A stretch of 64,000 nt of DNA from an uncultured Bacilli bacterium (GTDB lineage Bacteria; Bacillota_I; Bacilli_A; RF39; UBA660): positions 16,754-80,753 of the forward strand of contig CAKOLW010000002.1 of assembly GCA_934096405.1 (NCBI GenBank), given 5' to 3'. This document shows positions 36,848 through 46,718 of this stretch, piece by piece (positions within the stretch are counted from its first letter, which is position 1; each line of letters opens with the position of its first letter). A model generated the notes under the pieces. The model searched no databases. It saw nothing but the letters and a program-made list of their open reading frames with translations, and was not told where the DNA came from. Position numbers and translations under genes: made by a program.

Positions 36848-39586
36848 TCAACAAGTACTAGCACTTTCATCTATTACATATGGATTATCAGCAGTTCCTT
36901 TTCCTGTTACTTTGACACAAGAGTTTAGAGAAATGACAGGACGAACAGCATCCGCGCCGCTCACGCGTCCGCCGCCCAAGCCCGCATCGCCAGAATCCCA
37001 ATAACACTCGCTCGCATAGCTACCAAACCAGTCGAAAGGCGACAAGGACCACCAATAATTTGATACTTTAGTTCCAGAACTATTGCTTATAAACCATGCA
37101 TATGGTGTACTCATACTTGCATACCATGCCGTTCCTCCGGCAAAAGCCATTTCGTCAGCAGTCATTAATGCTACAGGGTAGTCTAACCTTGCACTTGTGT
37201 TTTCCACACTAAATGCATCTCTTATATCACTGCAATTATATGTTGGTGTTTTATCTGTTATTAATCTTTTATGTGACGCAAAATCAAATCCTGTACTTGA
37301 TGTTGTATATGAGCCTTCTGTTTCTTCACTTCTATCATTACAATATATGGCACTTGTACTTAAGTATTTTGTATAATTAGTTAAATTGTTTTGATACCAT
37401 GTATCTATATATGTTTTTATTGTACTATCATATGTATTATTTCTTATTGTATCGAGGGAAGTATCTTCTCCATATTTATAGCCTACATATTTTGGACTAT
37501 TATAGTTTGTATTAAATGCACTTGTTCCTATATTTCCACTTGTTGTATCATGACTTGTTCCTACATAAAGTAGTCTTATACTTCCATCATGATTTGTTCT
37601 TATTATTCTCCAGTAGAATCCCCCAAATAATACCCAGTTATTTGTTGTATTGCCAGCATAATAGTATACTTCTTGTGGTGTACTAGTTATTCCTGCTATA
37701 CTTTCTGTTGAAGTAAACAATGTTCCTGTCGTGGTTGAATTAAAAGGACTACTAAAAGATGTTCTAGATGAAATTGTTGGATTATCTTGTAATATTATTT
37801 CTGCTAAAGTTGATGATGCTTTTTTTCTTAAAATAACTGTACATTCTTGATATTCTATTGGATTTGATATTTTTACTCCAGTACTTGTTATTGTACCAAC
37901 TGCAGTTCCTGTACAACTAACATTTGAATATTCTAATTTATAACCTTCATTTGGCGAAATAATAAATGATGTCTCTTGATTTTTATTTACTACAGCGTAA
38001 TCAGTTTTAGCTTTACCATTTTGTACTTTTAATACTATTATACTTTCATCTTTAGTGTTATCTGAAGAATTATAGTTTACTTCATCAATTTCATAAGGAT
38101 TATTTGCTGTTGCATCTCCTGATTTAATTCTAGCATTTGATGATAGTGATATAACTGGACGAATTACACGTTCTCCATTAACATAAGAATTTGTCATATA
38201 ACCTGGATTACTACTTCCACGTACAGTAAAATTAAGTGCATATGATGTACTCCAATAGTATGGAGTTAACGTCCACCAGAAATTACTTCCTACAATAGAA
38301 TTTCCTTCACTATTTGTATAATACCATGCATAAGGACTAGTTAAATCTTTTCCATTTAATCCACCTGCGAATACTATTTCATCTGCTGTCATTAATGCAA
38401 TTGGGTAGTCTAGATCTCCATTTCCTCCACCACTTATACTTGCACTAAATTTGTCATCATTTGACTGAGTGCTTTCAAGTAATCCATTGCTTGTATTTGC
38501 TCCACATTTATATGATGGACTAATAGTCTTGACAAGTGTGTAATAATCTCCAAAATGAAATCCACTTGTTAGAGAATATGCTTCACTACTTATACTTCTA
38601 TCACTACAATATATTGCTTCTTTACTTATGAATTTATCATAATTAGTTAGCAGATTGTTTTGATACCAATTATCTATGACTTGTTTTATTGTACTTGAAT
38701 TAGAATTTAATCTATTATTTGATAACGAACCGCTTGTTCCATACATATAGCCAACATACATTGGATCATTTGCAGTTGAATTAAATGCAGTATTACCAAT
38801 ATAACCTTCTGTTGTATTATGATTAGTACCTGCATATAAAAGTCTTACACTTCCATCTTCATTAGTACGTATTATTCTCCAAAAATAGCCTCCAAATTTA
38901 ATCCAATTATTTGTTGTATTTCCTGAATAATAATATATATCACTTCTATCTTCTGTTTTATTTGTTTTATATATTGTTCCTGTTGTATCATTGTTATTAG
39001 TTGTATTAAAGCTTGTTCTTTCACTTACTGTTGGATTATCTCTTAAAATTGCTTGTACTAAAGATAACTCTTTTGTTCCTTCTTTTATCATAAATGTTCC
39101 AGATAATTTTTTACCCATATCAGCTGATTGATCTTCTTCTGTATCTTTGTAAATCAATGATATTGTATAGTCATGACTATCTTTAGGATTAATTGTTATA
39201 TAGTGTGCTAAGGTTACATCTGTTTTTTCATTAGTTTTTGGCAAATCTATATATTCTTCCATATTGAATCCATTTGTAGATGTTATCTTATATTGTAAGT
39301 ATCCTTCAGTTACAAATGTATTTAGTAAATCTTTTACATATATATCATAAGTTTCTGTTTCTTTAGATGTACTTTTAACTTTAAAATTAATGCTTGTATT
39401 CCATCCAGGTTCAATAGATACTGCTGGTATTGTTTTTTCTCCTTCGTATTTTATATATACACCAGTAGTTTTTACAGCAAATTCTTTATCATTTCCGAAA
39501 ATTCTTGGCTTAAAATATGCTAAAGTTACTCCTATTGTAATTATTAATATACTTACTACTAATATTGTTAAATACTTTTTCCTCAT
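36848..39586 (-). CDS. Secreted protein, family member 3 (912 aa), with one TasA-like N-domain followed by two lectin-like domains
   Basis: LTILVVSILIITIGVTLAYFKPRIFG; IEPGWNTSINFKV. Domain 1: YYYSGNTTNNWIKFGGYFWRIIRTNEDG..FWWTLTPYYW..VIRPVISL. Domain 2: YYYAGNTTNNWVLFGGFYWRIIRTNHDG..YWWSLSPFDW..AVRPVISL. The protein ends in C-x21-C-COOH. Confidence 0.88.
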   Translation of the reverse strand: MRKKYLTILVVSILIITIGVTLAYFKPRIFGNDKEFAVKTTGVYIKYEGEKTIPAVSIEPGWNTSINFKVKSTSKETETYDIYVKDLLNTFVTEGYLQYKITSTNGFNMEEYIDLPKTNEKTDVTLAHYITINPKDSHDYTISLIYKDTEEDQSADMGKKLSGTFMIKEGTKELSLVQAILRDNPTVSERTSFNTTNNNDTTGTIYKTNKTEDRSDIYYYSGNTTNNWIKFGGYFWRIIRTNEDGSVRLLYAGTNHNTTEGYIGNTAFNSTANDPMYVGYMYGTSGSLSNNRLNSNSSTIKQVIDNWYQNNLLTNYDKFISKEAIYCSDRSISSEAYSLTSGFHFGDYYTLVKTISPSYKCGANTSNGLLESTQSNDDKFSASISGGGNGDLDYPIALMTADEIVFAGGLNGKDLTSPYAWYYTNSEGNSIVGSNFWWTLTPYYWSTSYALNFTVRGSSNPGYMTNSYVNGERVIRPVISLSSNARIKSGDATANNPYEIDEVNYNSSDNTKDESIIVLKVQNGKAKTDYAVVNKNQETSFIISPNEGYKLEYSNVSCTGTAVGTITSTGVKISNPIEYQECTVILRKKASSTLAEIILQDNPTISSRTSFSSPFNSTTTGTLFTSTESIAGITSTPQEVYYYAGNTTNNWVLFGGFYWRIIRTNHDGSIRLLYVGTSHDTTSGNIGTSAFNTNYNSPKYVGYKYGEDTSLDTIRNNTYDSTIKTYIDTWYQNNLTNYTKYLSTSAIYCNDRSEETEGSYTTSSTGFDFASHKRLITDKTPTYNCSDIRDAFSVENTSARLDYPVALMTADEMAFAGGTAWYASMSTPYAWFISNSSGTKVSNYWWSLSPFDWFGSYASECYWDSGDAGLGGGRVSGADAVRPVISLNSCVKVTGKGTADNPYVIDESASTC

Positions 39587-39770
39587 TGCTACCTCCGCTT
39601 TTTAGAGCACTAAAAAACTCATAGACTGGTGCCTATGAATTTAATATAACGAAAAAACTATGGGTGTTATTTATTTTTAACCCCCCCCAAAATTCGTACC
39701 AAGTTTGGTACTTAATTCAAAGAGAATTATTCTTTCCATAGTTCTGTACTCCTCTACTTTTTACTCTTTA
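39587..39770 (-). promoter_or_regulatory. Conserved 5' leader, copy B
   Basis: See copy A. The palindrome is at 39696-39711, the G8 run at 39681-39688, the hairpin CATAGgcaccagtCTATG plus T6 follows, and AGTGCTC lies before the RBS GCGGAGG. Confidence 0.6.
39677..39739 (-). CDS. Candidate leader mini-ORF B (20 aa)
   Basis: GGAG lies 9 nt upstream of the ATG. Sequence: MERIILFELSTKLGTNFGGG*. Confidence 0.35.
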   Translation of the reverse strand: MERIILFELSTKLGTNFGGG

Positions 39771-39799
39771 ATTTTATCAAAAAAAGTAGTCTATTACAA
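39771..39799 (-). promoter_or_regulatory. Promoter of the leader-B operon (TTGTAA-N17-TAAAAT, extended -10), embedded in the terminator hairpin of the upstream gene
   Basis: The minus strand reads aaagtggTTGTAAtagactactttttttGaTAAAATtaaag. This is the same terminator-plus-promoter module as 2824-2859. Confidence 0.55.
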
Positions 39800-39812
39800 C
39801 CACTTTTTGTTA

Positions 39813-40337
39813 TTAATTTAATTCTTCTTCTATTTCTTCTAGTGTATCAACAAACAAATCATTATCTCCATCACTAATTTTCATTAAAGCATAATCTTTT
39901 ATTGATAATTCACTACTATCAGAAGCATCAGTATTATTTTCTTCTCCTATTATATCTTTGTTGAAACTACTATGTAAATCTACAATATATACTGGTAAAT
40001 GATCATCATCTTCTTCATATTTAGATATTATACTAGTTAAGTAAATATATTCACTACTAGTTGAATCTATAAATAGAACATAATATTCATCTTCTTCTCT
40101 ATCAAACACAGTACCTGCAGTAATATTAGTATAACTAATACTTGGTGTAGTTGTTTCTGGTTTATTATAACCTTCATCAAAGAATCCATTCTTTTGAGCT
40201 AAAAGTGTAAATAAATAAACTAGTCCTAAACCAACAATTATAATTATTATAGAAATTATAAATGATTTAACACTATTTTCTTCAGTAGAAATATTTTTAT
40301 CTTTTCTTATTCTTTTTCTTTTGTATTCTTGTCTCAT
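39813..40337 (-). CDS. Membrane-anchored hypothetical protein (174 aa)
   Basis: Basic N-terminus, one TM segment, and an acidic extracytoplasmic domain. Confidence 0.65.
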   Translation of the reverse strand: MRQEYKRKRIRKDKNISTEENSVKSFIISIIIIIVGLGLVYLFTLLAQKNGFFDEGYNKPETTTPSISYTNITAGTVFDREEDEYYVLFIDSTSSEYIYLTSIISKYEEDDDHLPVYIVDLHSSFNKDIIGEENNTDASDSSELSIKDYALMKISDGDNDLFVDTLEEIEEELN

Positions 40338-40414
40338 AATATCAACCTCATATTAATGATATCACATTATATTTTATTTTTAAAGATAAAATTAAAAATA
40401 AAACGGTTACCGTT

Positions 40415-41404
40415 TTATTTAGTTAATGCTACTGTAGCTGTACTAGAAGCAATTTGAAGTAATTCTTCATTAGATAGTGATTCTCCAATTATATAATATT
40501 CTTTTCCATCACTACTCCAATTAAGACTAGTTTCTGTCATGACTCCTACAAGTGGTCCATATTGAACTACTTCTCCACTTACTAATGTTGTTTCATGTTT
40601 TTCTTTTGTTTTAGCAACTTCTTCTACTAGTATAAATGGCTTAACTCCAGTATAAGAAAGTATAACTCTTTCATTTCCTTCTTTATCTATTACTTCTTCT
40701 CCACTATATGTTGTTCCATTAGGTAAGTACATAGGATATACTATGTCTTCTAATTTACTAGTTGTTTCTGTTTCTTTAGTACAGTTATCACATATACTAG
40801 ATTTAAGTGCAAAGTAGTCTTTTTCATAATTCGTTTTAGTATCTATTTTAGTTATTACCATTTTAATTTGTGTAACGCCTTTACTATTTTTTACTTCTAT
40901 ACTTTTAGGTAAATATTCTTTATCTAAAGTTACTACTTGTTCTTTTAAGTCACTATTATTAGGATAATTTACTTTACTTTTTATTATGTAACTCTCTTTC
41001 TTAATAGTTGTATTTCTTTCACTATCATTTAAGATATCATTAAGAATAGTTTCTAAAATATATGATTGACTACTATTAGTTGGCCATTCACTTTGGAATT
41101 TAAAGCTTTTGTTTAGTGAAGGTGTCACTACATAGACTCCATCTTCATTTTTTAGAATTATTTGTTCATGACTATTTTCCTTATTTATAAGTGATACTTT
41201 GTAATAGTTACCCTTTTTATATGTTACATCAACTGTGTAGTTATATTTGTCTTCATTATTAAGTATTTGCATATCTCCAGTTAAGTGATAATTTTTAATA
41301 GATGTTACTTTATTTTCAAATTCTTTTATTATGTCAGAGTCCTTTTTCTTACCACAGCCTACTACTAAAAATAAAGAAAATAATAATATTAATACTTTTT
41401 TCAA
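40415..41404 (-). CDS. Lipoprotein, LolA-like/YdcC-type fold suspected
   Basis: The lipobox is LFLVVGC, with a TTG start 5 nt after GGGGAGGG. The family call is from memory and weak. Confidence 0.6.
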   Translation of the reverse strand: MKKVLILLFSLFLVVGCGKKKDSDIIKEFENKVTSIKNYHLTGDMQILNNEDKYNYTVDVTYKKGNYYKVSLINKENSHEQIILKNEDGVYVVTPSLNKSFKFQSEWPTNSSQSYILETILNDILNDSERNTTIKKESYIIKSKVNYPNNSDLKEQVVTLDKEYLPKSIEVKNSKGVTQIKMVITKIDTKTNYEKDYFALKSSICDNCTKETETTSKLEDIVYPMYLPNGTTYSGEEVIDKEGNERVILSYTGVKPFILVEEVAKTKEKHETTLVSGEVVQYGPLVGVMTETSLNWSSDGKEYYIIGESLSNEELLQIASSTATVALTK

Positions 41405-41516
41405 AATAACCCTCCCCTTTAATTATTTCTACTTAAGTATACTCTTTATTTAGGTCATTATTCCTATAATGAATAATTTTCTAAAAAATGATTAAACTAA
41501 TTAACGAGGAGGTATT

Positions 41517-41726
41517 ATGCAAACATTACAAAAAATAGCTTTAGGACTAGTAATTATAGGAGCTTTAAACTGGGGCTTAGTAGGATTATTTAGTTTTAAC
41601 CTAGTAGAAGCATTATTTGGAGTAGATACTTTACTTACTAAAGTTGTTTACACATTTGTTGGTCTATCAGGTATTATCAATATTGGTTTGTTAGTAACAC
41701 CATTTGAAAATACTGCAAGAAAATAA
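41517..41726 (+). CDS. DUF378-family small membrane protein
   Basis: IALGLVIIGALNWGLVGLFSFNLVEALFG carries the family hallmark GALNWGLVG. Confidence 0.8.
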   Translation: MQTLQKIALGLVIIGALNWGLVGLFSFNLVEALFGVDTLLTKVVYTFVGLSGIINIGLLVTPFENTARK

Positions 41727-41746
41727 AAGAATGTGAATTTCACATT

Positions 41747-43114
41747 CTATTTATTTGTAACAATAATGTTAACACTTTTTACTTTACTTGTATAAGTAAG
41801 CTTTAAGTCAGTACCTGTTACATATACTGGAACAGAATAGTTACCAGGTTCTGTTATTTCTTTTAAGTCTATATAAGCTTTTATATTAGTTGTTTCTAGA
41901 GTATCTAATAAACTCTTAACTCCTTTTACTGTTACTGTTACATTTGCATCATTTTGACTAGCACCTTGTGCAATAAATTTAGGATCTAAATTTTCAGTTT
42001 CTATACTTATATTTTCAAAGTCTTTGCTAGTTTCTTTTTCCATTGTAACATTAATTGTAACAGATGTATCACTTATACTTCTGCTTCCAGCAGGTTTATT
42101 TATAACTTTTTGATATACTTTATCTTCACTTAAATCAGTTACATCTATTTCTACTTCTATATAGTTTAGTTCATTTAATATTGATTCATCAGCATATACA
42201 GTTACATTAGTTACACTACTTGTTATACTACTTATCGCAGAACCACTTCTTACTTCACCTTTAGGAACTACTTTTAGTGGTATTGTTTTACTTGGACTTG
42301 TAATAGTTACTGTAGCAGTTACTGTGCCTGGTACTATTTCAATATTTTTCATTTCTTTACCAGTTTCATCATAAGCAACTAGTTTAACATCTTCTAATGT
42401 ATAAGTACCACTTTCTTTAGCATTTAATAAATTTACATCTACTATTGCTTTTACGTTAGCAACACTTTCTAGTTTTTCTTTATAACTTTTAATTATTACA
42501 TCATTTTTATCTAATAGTACGTTGCTAACTACTAATGTTTCACTTAGTTTATCAGTATTTATTACATCTATACTAACACTTCTAGTTTCACTTACTTTAG
42601 GATATATTACTACTGTTAAACTACTTGGGTCTAATTTATAGTTTAATGTATTTATTGGTTTATTATATTCTAACTTTACTTTATGAGTACCTACATCATA
42701 ATTAGTTAAATCTAGACTAACTTCATGATCTCCTCTTTGTTCTGCTAAATATAAGTCTCCACTTCTTCCCATTAGAATTATGTCTACAGTATCAGGTAAT
42801 CCTTCAACTACATAAGCTTCTTCGTTATATACTACATTAACTTTTTGATTTTTAAGTACAACTGCTTTTGTATTATTTATACCTATTACTTTTTTATCTA
42901 CAGCTACAAATACTAGTAATGCTATAAATAAAGATAAGTATAGTAGTACAGTCGGTTTATTTAATATTTTATCTATTATTCCACTCTTAAATGAGAATTT
43001 ATCTTTTATTAAATAAGCTAATTTACTAAAAGGAGTAATAATTATTTTATCAAAGAATTTATATATTCCTTTAAAGAATTTAACAATTATGTTATTCTTC
43101 TCTGTCTTTTTCAA
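41747..43114 (-). CDS. cdaR: CdaA regulator CdaR (YbbR-domain protein)
   Basis: An N-terminal TM segment is followed by repeated YbbR-like beta domains. The TTG start after GAGGAGGTGG overlaps the end of cdaA. Confidence 0.75.
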   Translation of the reverse strand: MKKTEKNNIIVKFFKGIYKFFDKIIITPFSKLAYLIKDKFSFKSGIIDKILNKPTVLLYLSLFIALLVFVAVDKKVIGINNTKAVVLKNQKVNVVYNEEAYVVEGLPDTVDIILMGRSGDLYLAEQRGDHEVSLDLTNYDVGTHKVKLEYNKPINTLNYKLDPSSLTVVIYPKVSETRSVSIDVINTDKLSETLVVSNVLLDKNDVIIKSYKEKLESVANVKAIVDVNLLNAKESGTYTLEDVKLVAYDETGKEMKNIEIVPGTVTATVTITSPSKTIPLKVVPKGEVRSGSAISSITSSVTNVTVYADESILNELNYIEVEIDVTDLSEDKVYQKVINKPAGSRSISDTSVTINVTMEKETSKDFENISIETENLDPKFIAQGASQNDANVTVTVKGVKSLLDTLETTNIKAYIDLKEITEPGNYSVPVYVTGTDLKLTYTSKVKSVNIIVTNK

Positions 43115-43937
43115 GAGAATCCACCTCCTCTTCAGTGTTTAACTTCTCATCTGCATCAAAGAAAGTTTCTTTTTTAGGTTGTAATCCTTCAATTAGTAAC
43201 ATTCTAGCATCATCTAGTGTTAAGTTATAATTTAATTCATTTTCCATTGCGATAGATACTCTTCCTGTTTCTTCACTTACACATATACTTATTGCATCAC
43301 TTACTTCTGCTATTCCTAATGCTGCACGATGTCTTGTACCTAATCTTTTAGATATAGTAGTGTTCATACTAGTTGGAAGTACACTACCAGCACATGTTAT
43401 TCTGTCTCCTTGAATTATTACTGCTCCATCATGAAGAGGATTATTAGGGAAGAATATACTTATTAGTAATTCACTACTTAAGTCAGCATATAGTTTATGT
43501 GCTTGTTCAATATATTGATTTAAACTATAGTCTCTCTCAATAACTATTAAAGCACCTATTCTATTTCTTTTTAAATATTCAACTGCCTGCATTATTTCAT
43601 ATACAACTTTTTCTCTTTCATCTACAGTAAGTACTTTATGTCTTCCTAGTAATTGACTTCTACCTAAATTTTCTAATACATTTCTAATTTCAGGTTGAAA
43701 TATAACTATTAAAGCTAAAGGTGCCCATTCAATTACATATTCAAGTAGTACTCCAACTGTATTTAGATTTAGCCAATCACTTAGTAATTTAAGTAAGATT
43801 ACTATTAAAATACCTTTAAATATTAAAGTTAATTTAATATTCTTTTTTATGTATTTTAACAAGTAATATATAACAAACCATAATATGGCTACATCTAATA
43901 CTTTAGTAAATATATTAAATATTTGTGACAAATTCAT
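43092..43937 (-). CDS. cdaA: Diadenylate cyclase CdaA (DisA_N domain)
   Basis: Three TM segments, then GALIVIERD, PLHDGAVII and GTRHRAALGI. Confidence 0.92.
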   Translation of the reverse strand: MNLSQIFNIFTKVLDVAILWFVIYYLLKYIKKNIKLTLIFKGILIVILLKLLSDWLNLNTVGVLLEYVIEWAPLALIVIFQPEIRNVLENLGRSQLLGRHKVLTVDEREKVVYEIMQAVEYLKRNRIGALIVIERDYSLNQYIEQAHKLYADLSSELLISIFFPNNPLHDGAVIIQGDRITCAGSVLPTSMNTTISKRLGTRHRAALGIAEVSDAISICVSEETGRVSIAMENELNYNLTLDDARMLLIEGLQPKKETFFDADEKLNTEEEVDSLEKDREE

Positions 43938-44024
43938 AATGTCCCTCCTAATGTCTAAGATAATTATAATATAAAAAAGATATATTTACTATATCTTTTT
44001 TTTATTAGTATGTTAAGTTTACAT

Positions 44025-44582
44025 TTATTTTATATCATCAAATATATTTAAAGTTTCTATATTTTCATTATTATTTGATGGTGTATCAGCATTAGTATTT
44101 TCTACTGTATTATTACTTAATTCTACAACAGGTGTATCAGAAGAAACAGGTTTTTCAACTTTTACAGGTTCACTATAAAACTCTATTGGAGTTTTATCTT
44201 CTTCTTTTAATGGAATGTCATTTATCTCCATTGTATCTTCCATAACAGGAGTTTCTGTAGGTACTTCTTCAAGTTTAACTTCTTCTTTTACTTCTTGAGG
44301 TTCATTTTCTGGAACTTCTAAAGTTTCAGGATTTACTTCCTCATTAGTGCTAATAGTTTCTTGTGATGCTTCTTCTAAAGTTGTAGTACCATTCATATTT
44401 ACAGTATCTCCAGAAACAATTGGTTCTTCAACTTTAGTATTATCTATACTTTCTCCTTTAAATACATTTTTTTCTTTTTTCTTTGACTCAATTATAAAGC
44501 CAACTAATGCAAAACATAAAACGCCAGCTGTAACAAAAAACCAAATATAATAATCTGCTAAGAAATTTATCACACTATCCAT
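44025..44582 (-). CDS. Membrane-anchored acidic Pro/Glu/Val-rich protein
   Basis: One TM segment followed by a low-complexity E/V/P/T-rich tail. Confidence 0.6.
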   Translation of the reverse strand: MDSVINFLADYYIWFFVTAGVLCFALVGFIIESKKKEKNVFKGESIDNTKVEEPIVSGDTVNMNGTTTLEEASQETISTNEEVNPETLEVPENEPQEVKEEVKLEEVPTETPVMEDTMEINDIPLKEEDKTPIEFYSEPVKVEKPVSSDTPVVELSNNTVENTNADTPSNNNENIETLNIFDDIK

Positions 44583-44644
44583 TTTAACTTCCTCCTTACT
44601 ATAATATCATTTTAACAAATAATATTATTTTTTTCAATATTATT

Positions 44645-45688
44645 TTATTCTTCTGTTGTTTCTTTATTACTAATTATGTCTAAATATTTGTTAGAAGGTT
44701 CAATTTGTATCCAAGTGTTTCCATCATTTAGTTTAATTTCTTCTTCTGTATTTTTATAATAATATCTTGTTTGAGAAGCTCTAGTGTCTTTTTTCCATGT
44801 TATTGGAATAGCATAACCATCAGTAATATAGTACCCTTCTCCTTCACCTATGTTTTCTAATTTTTGTCTACCATAAGAGTCATAACTATAGTTATTTATT
44901 TTGTAAGTAATAATATTTTTAGCTATATATTGTTCACCTGTAATGCTATCAACATGTGGTGTGTCAGACATATATCTTAGGTATACTTTATTTGCTTCAT
45001 CATATTTATAGCTAGTTGTATGATAACTTGAATAAGGAATAATTACTTCATCCGCTATTAAGGCATTTTCTTTGTTTGAAAAATCTAATTCATCAATACT
45101 ATAGTTAAATAAATTCTTTTTATTTGTTTCAGTATTATATCCTAATTTAGATATTCCTTCATTAATCATACTCATTTTGGTAAATCCTGTATGTTCTAAA
45201 GATTTATTTAAAGTTTTATCTCTAAAAAAATATTTTCCTTCATAAGACATACCATCTAAATTGTTTATTCCTAATGAATAGATATCATTATAAGCATCAT
45301 TACTTCCACCCCAGTGCACATAAATAGCATCATTTTCAAGTACATAGTCTAAGAAATAAGGCCTACTGCTTCTAACTGACCCTATTTTTTCAACATCTTT
45401 TTGATCTTTAAACAAGGCCATTATTCTAGTAATACCACCTTCAGCGATTATTTCATAATTTATATATGACTTGTTAAGTCCAGCATGTGGCCATGCATCA
45501 TGATTATTATTTATCATAACTGCAATTGGTCGTGACTTGCTGTCTTCATTTATTATTTTAAGCTTTTTTACTTCTTTTGGTGCGTCATCAGGTGTACTTT
45601 TATCATTCTTATTTAAATATTTTTTAACTCCAAAAAAACCAAATACTAAAATTCCTATGGAAATTATTATTATAATTACTTTTTTCAT
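44645..45688 (-). CDS. DUF3048-family (YerB-like) secreted protein
   Basis: RPIAVMINNNHDAWPHAGLNKSYINYEIIAEGGITRIMALF matches the family core as I recall it. Confidence 0.65.
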   Translation of the reverse strand: MKKVIIIIISIGILVFGFFGVKKYLNKNDKSTPDDAPKEVKKLKIINEDSKSRPIAVMINNNHDAWPHAGLNKSYINYEIIAEGGITRIMALFKDQKDVEKIGSVRSSRPYFLDYVLENDAIYVHWGGSNDAYNDIYSLGINNLDGMSYEGKYFFRDKTLNKSLEHTGFTKMSMINEGISKLGYNTETNKKNLFNYSIDELDFSNKENALIADEVIIPYSSYHTTSYKYDEANKVYLRYMSDTPHVDSITGEQYIAKNIITYKINNYSYDSYGRQKLENIGEGEGYYITDGYAIPITWKKDTRASQTRYYYKNTEEEIKLNDGNTWIQIEPSNKYLDIISNKETTEE

Positions 45689-45774
45689 AACATATCTACC
45701 TCTTAATTAGAGTATACTATTGACAAGTACTTTTATAAACATTTTTAATTTCAGGTTAACACTTTTTGTGTAAA

Positions 45775-45802
45775 TAAAAAAGAAAGTTTTTATTAACTTT
45801 CT
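45775..45802 (-). terminator. Terminator after the 45801-46151 gene
   Basis: The minus strand reads AGAAAGTTaataaaAACTTTCT followed by T6, overlapping the TAG stop. Confidence 0.7.
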
Positions 45803-46151
45803 ATTTTAATTTTCTACTATAGTCATTATTTATTTCATATACATCTGAATAACTATGTCTTAGAATCCTACCGTTTTTTAAATCAGTTAATCTATAATCA
45901 CTATTTCCATTTCTTAAATAGATTTCTATTTCATTCCTTGCAGGAATTCTATCAAAAAATTCTATTAAATATCTTTCTGCTTTTCCAAATTTAAAAAAGT
46001 ATTTACAGCTTCCACTAGTTTTTCCACCAGGAAATATAAATTTATGGACTGAATTATTACATTTGAGACACTCGTTTAAAGCCCTTCCTTCATAGCAACA
46101 ATCTCCATTTACTCCTGTCTTAATTTTTAGAATTGCTTGATTTTTTTTCAT
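45801..46151 (-). CDS. Small Cys-rich hypothetical protein (116 aa), paralogue of 46261-46698
   Basis: ILKIKTGVNGDCCYEGRALNECLKCNNSVHKFIF..RYLIEFFDRIPARNEIE. It has its own consensus promoter, TTGACA-N17-TATAAT, at about 46175-46205. Confidence 0.7.
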   Translation of the reverse strand: MKKNQAILKIKTGVNGDCCYEGRALNECLKCNNSVHKFIFPGGKTSGSCKYFFKFGKAERYLIEFFDRIPARNEIEIYLRNGNSDYRLTDLKNGRILRHSYSDVYEINNDYSRKLK

Positions 46152-46260
46152 ACCTTTATTACCCCCATTACTGAGTAAATTATAGCATATTAAGTACTAT
46201 TTGTCAATATTTTTGTATTAAATAAATTACAATATTACAATTAAATATCAAGTCTAAATA

Positions 46261-46698
46261 TTATTTATTTGGTTTAGTTTTACTTAATTTGGCTACTCTA
46301 ACTCTTTCTGTATAATTTATGTAGTCTTCTTCTTGTTTAATTTTATTTTCATTATAATAATTCATTAAGGCATTTACTTCTTCTTTACTAGGTCTTAGAA
46401 CTACCCCATCATTTAATCTTGTAATTTTGTAATTACTATTAGGATTTAAAAAATATTTTTCTAATTCCACTCTAGTAGGTACTTTATCAAAAAATTCAAT
46501 TAAATATTTTTCTTCAGAGTTACCATTTTTATAATATTCGTTATCTCCAGTTTGTCTTCCATTCGAAAAAATAAACCTATAAGATGCATTTTCACACTTG
46601 ATGCAATCTTCAACTGTGCAAAATCCAAAATAGTCATAATTTACACAATTATCTTTAACTTCTGTTTTAATTTTTAAGATTCCTTCATTTTCTTTCAT
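46261..46698 (-). CDS. Small Cys-containing hypothetical protein (145 aa), paralogue of 45801-46151
   Basis: ILKIKTEVKDNCVNYDYFGFCTVEDCIKCENASYRFIF..KYLIEFFDKVPTRVELE. Confidence 0.7.
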   Translation of the reverse strand: MKENEGILKIKTEVKDNCVNYDYFGFCTVEDCIKCENASYRFIFSNGRQTGDNEYYKNGNSEEKYLIEFFDKVPTRVELEKYFLNPNSNYKITRLNDGVVLRPSKEEVNALMNYYNENKIKQEEDYINYTERVRVAKLSKTKPNK

Positions 46699-46718
46699 AA
46701 TATTTACTTCTTTCTATA

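Noticed and set aside
35151-39799. A complete diversity-generating retroelement cassette (RT, Avd, template repeat) next to the GC-rich patch.
   Set aside because: I found no reverse-transcriptase-like ORF and no second copy of the patch anywhere in the 64 kb. Only the variable-region-like signature itself is reported, as a hypothesis.
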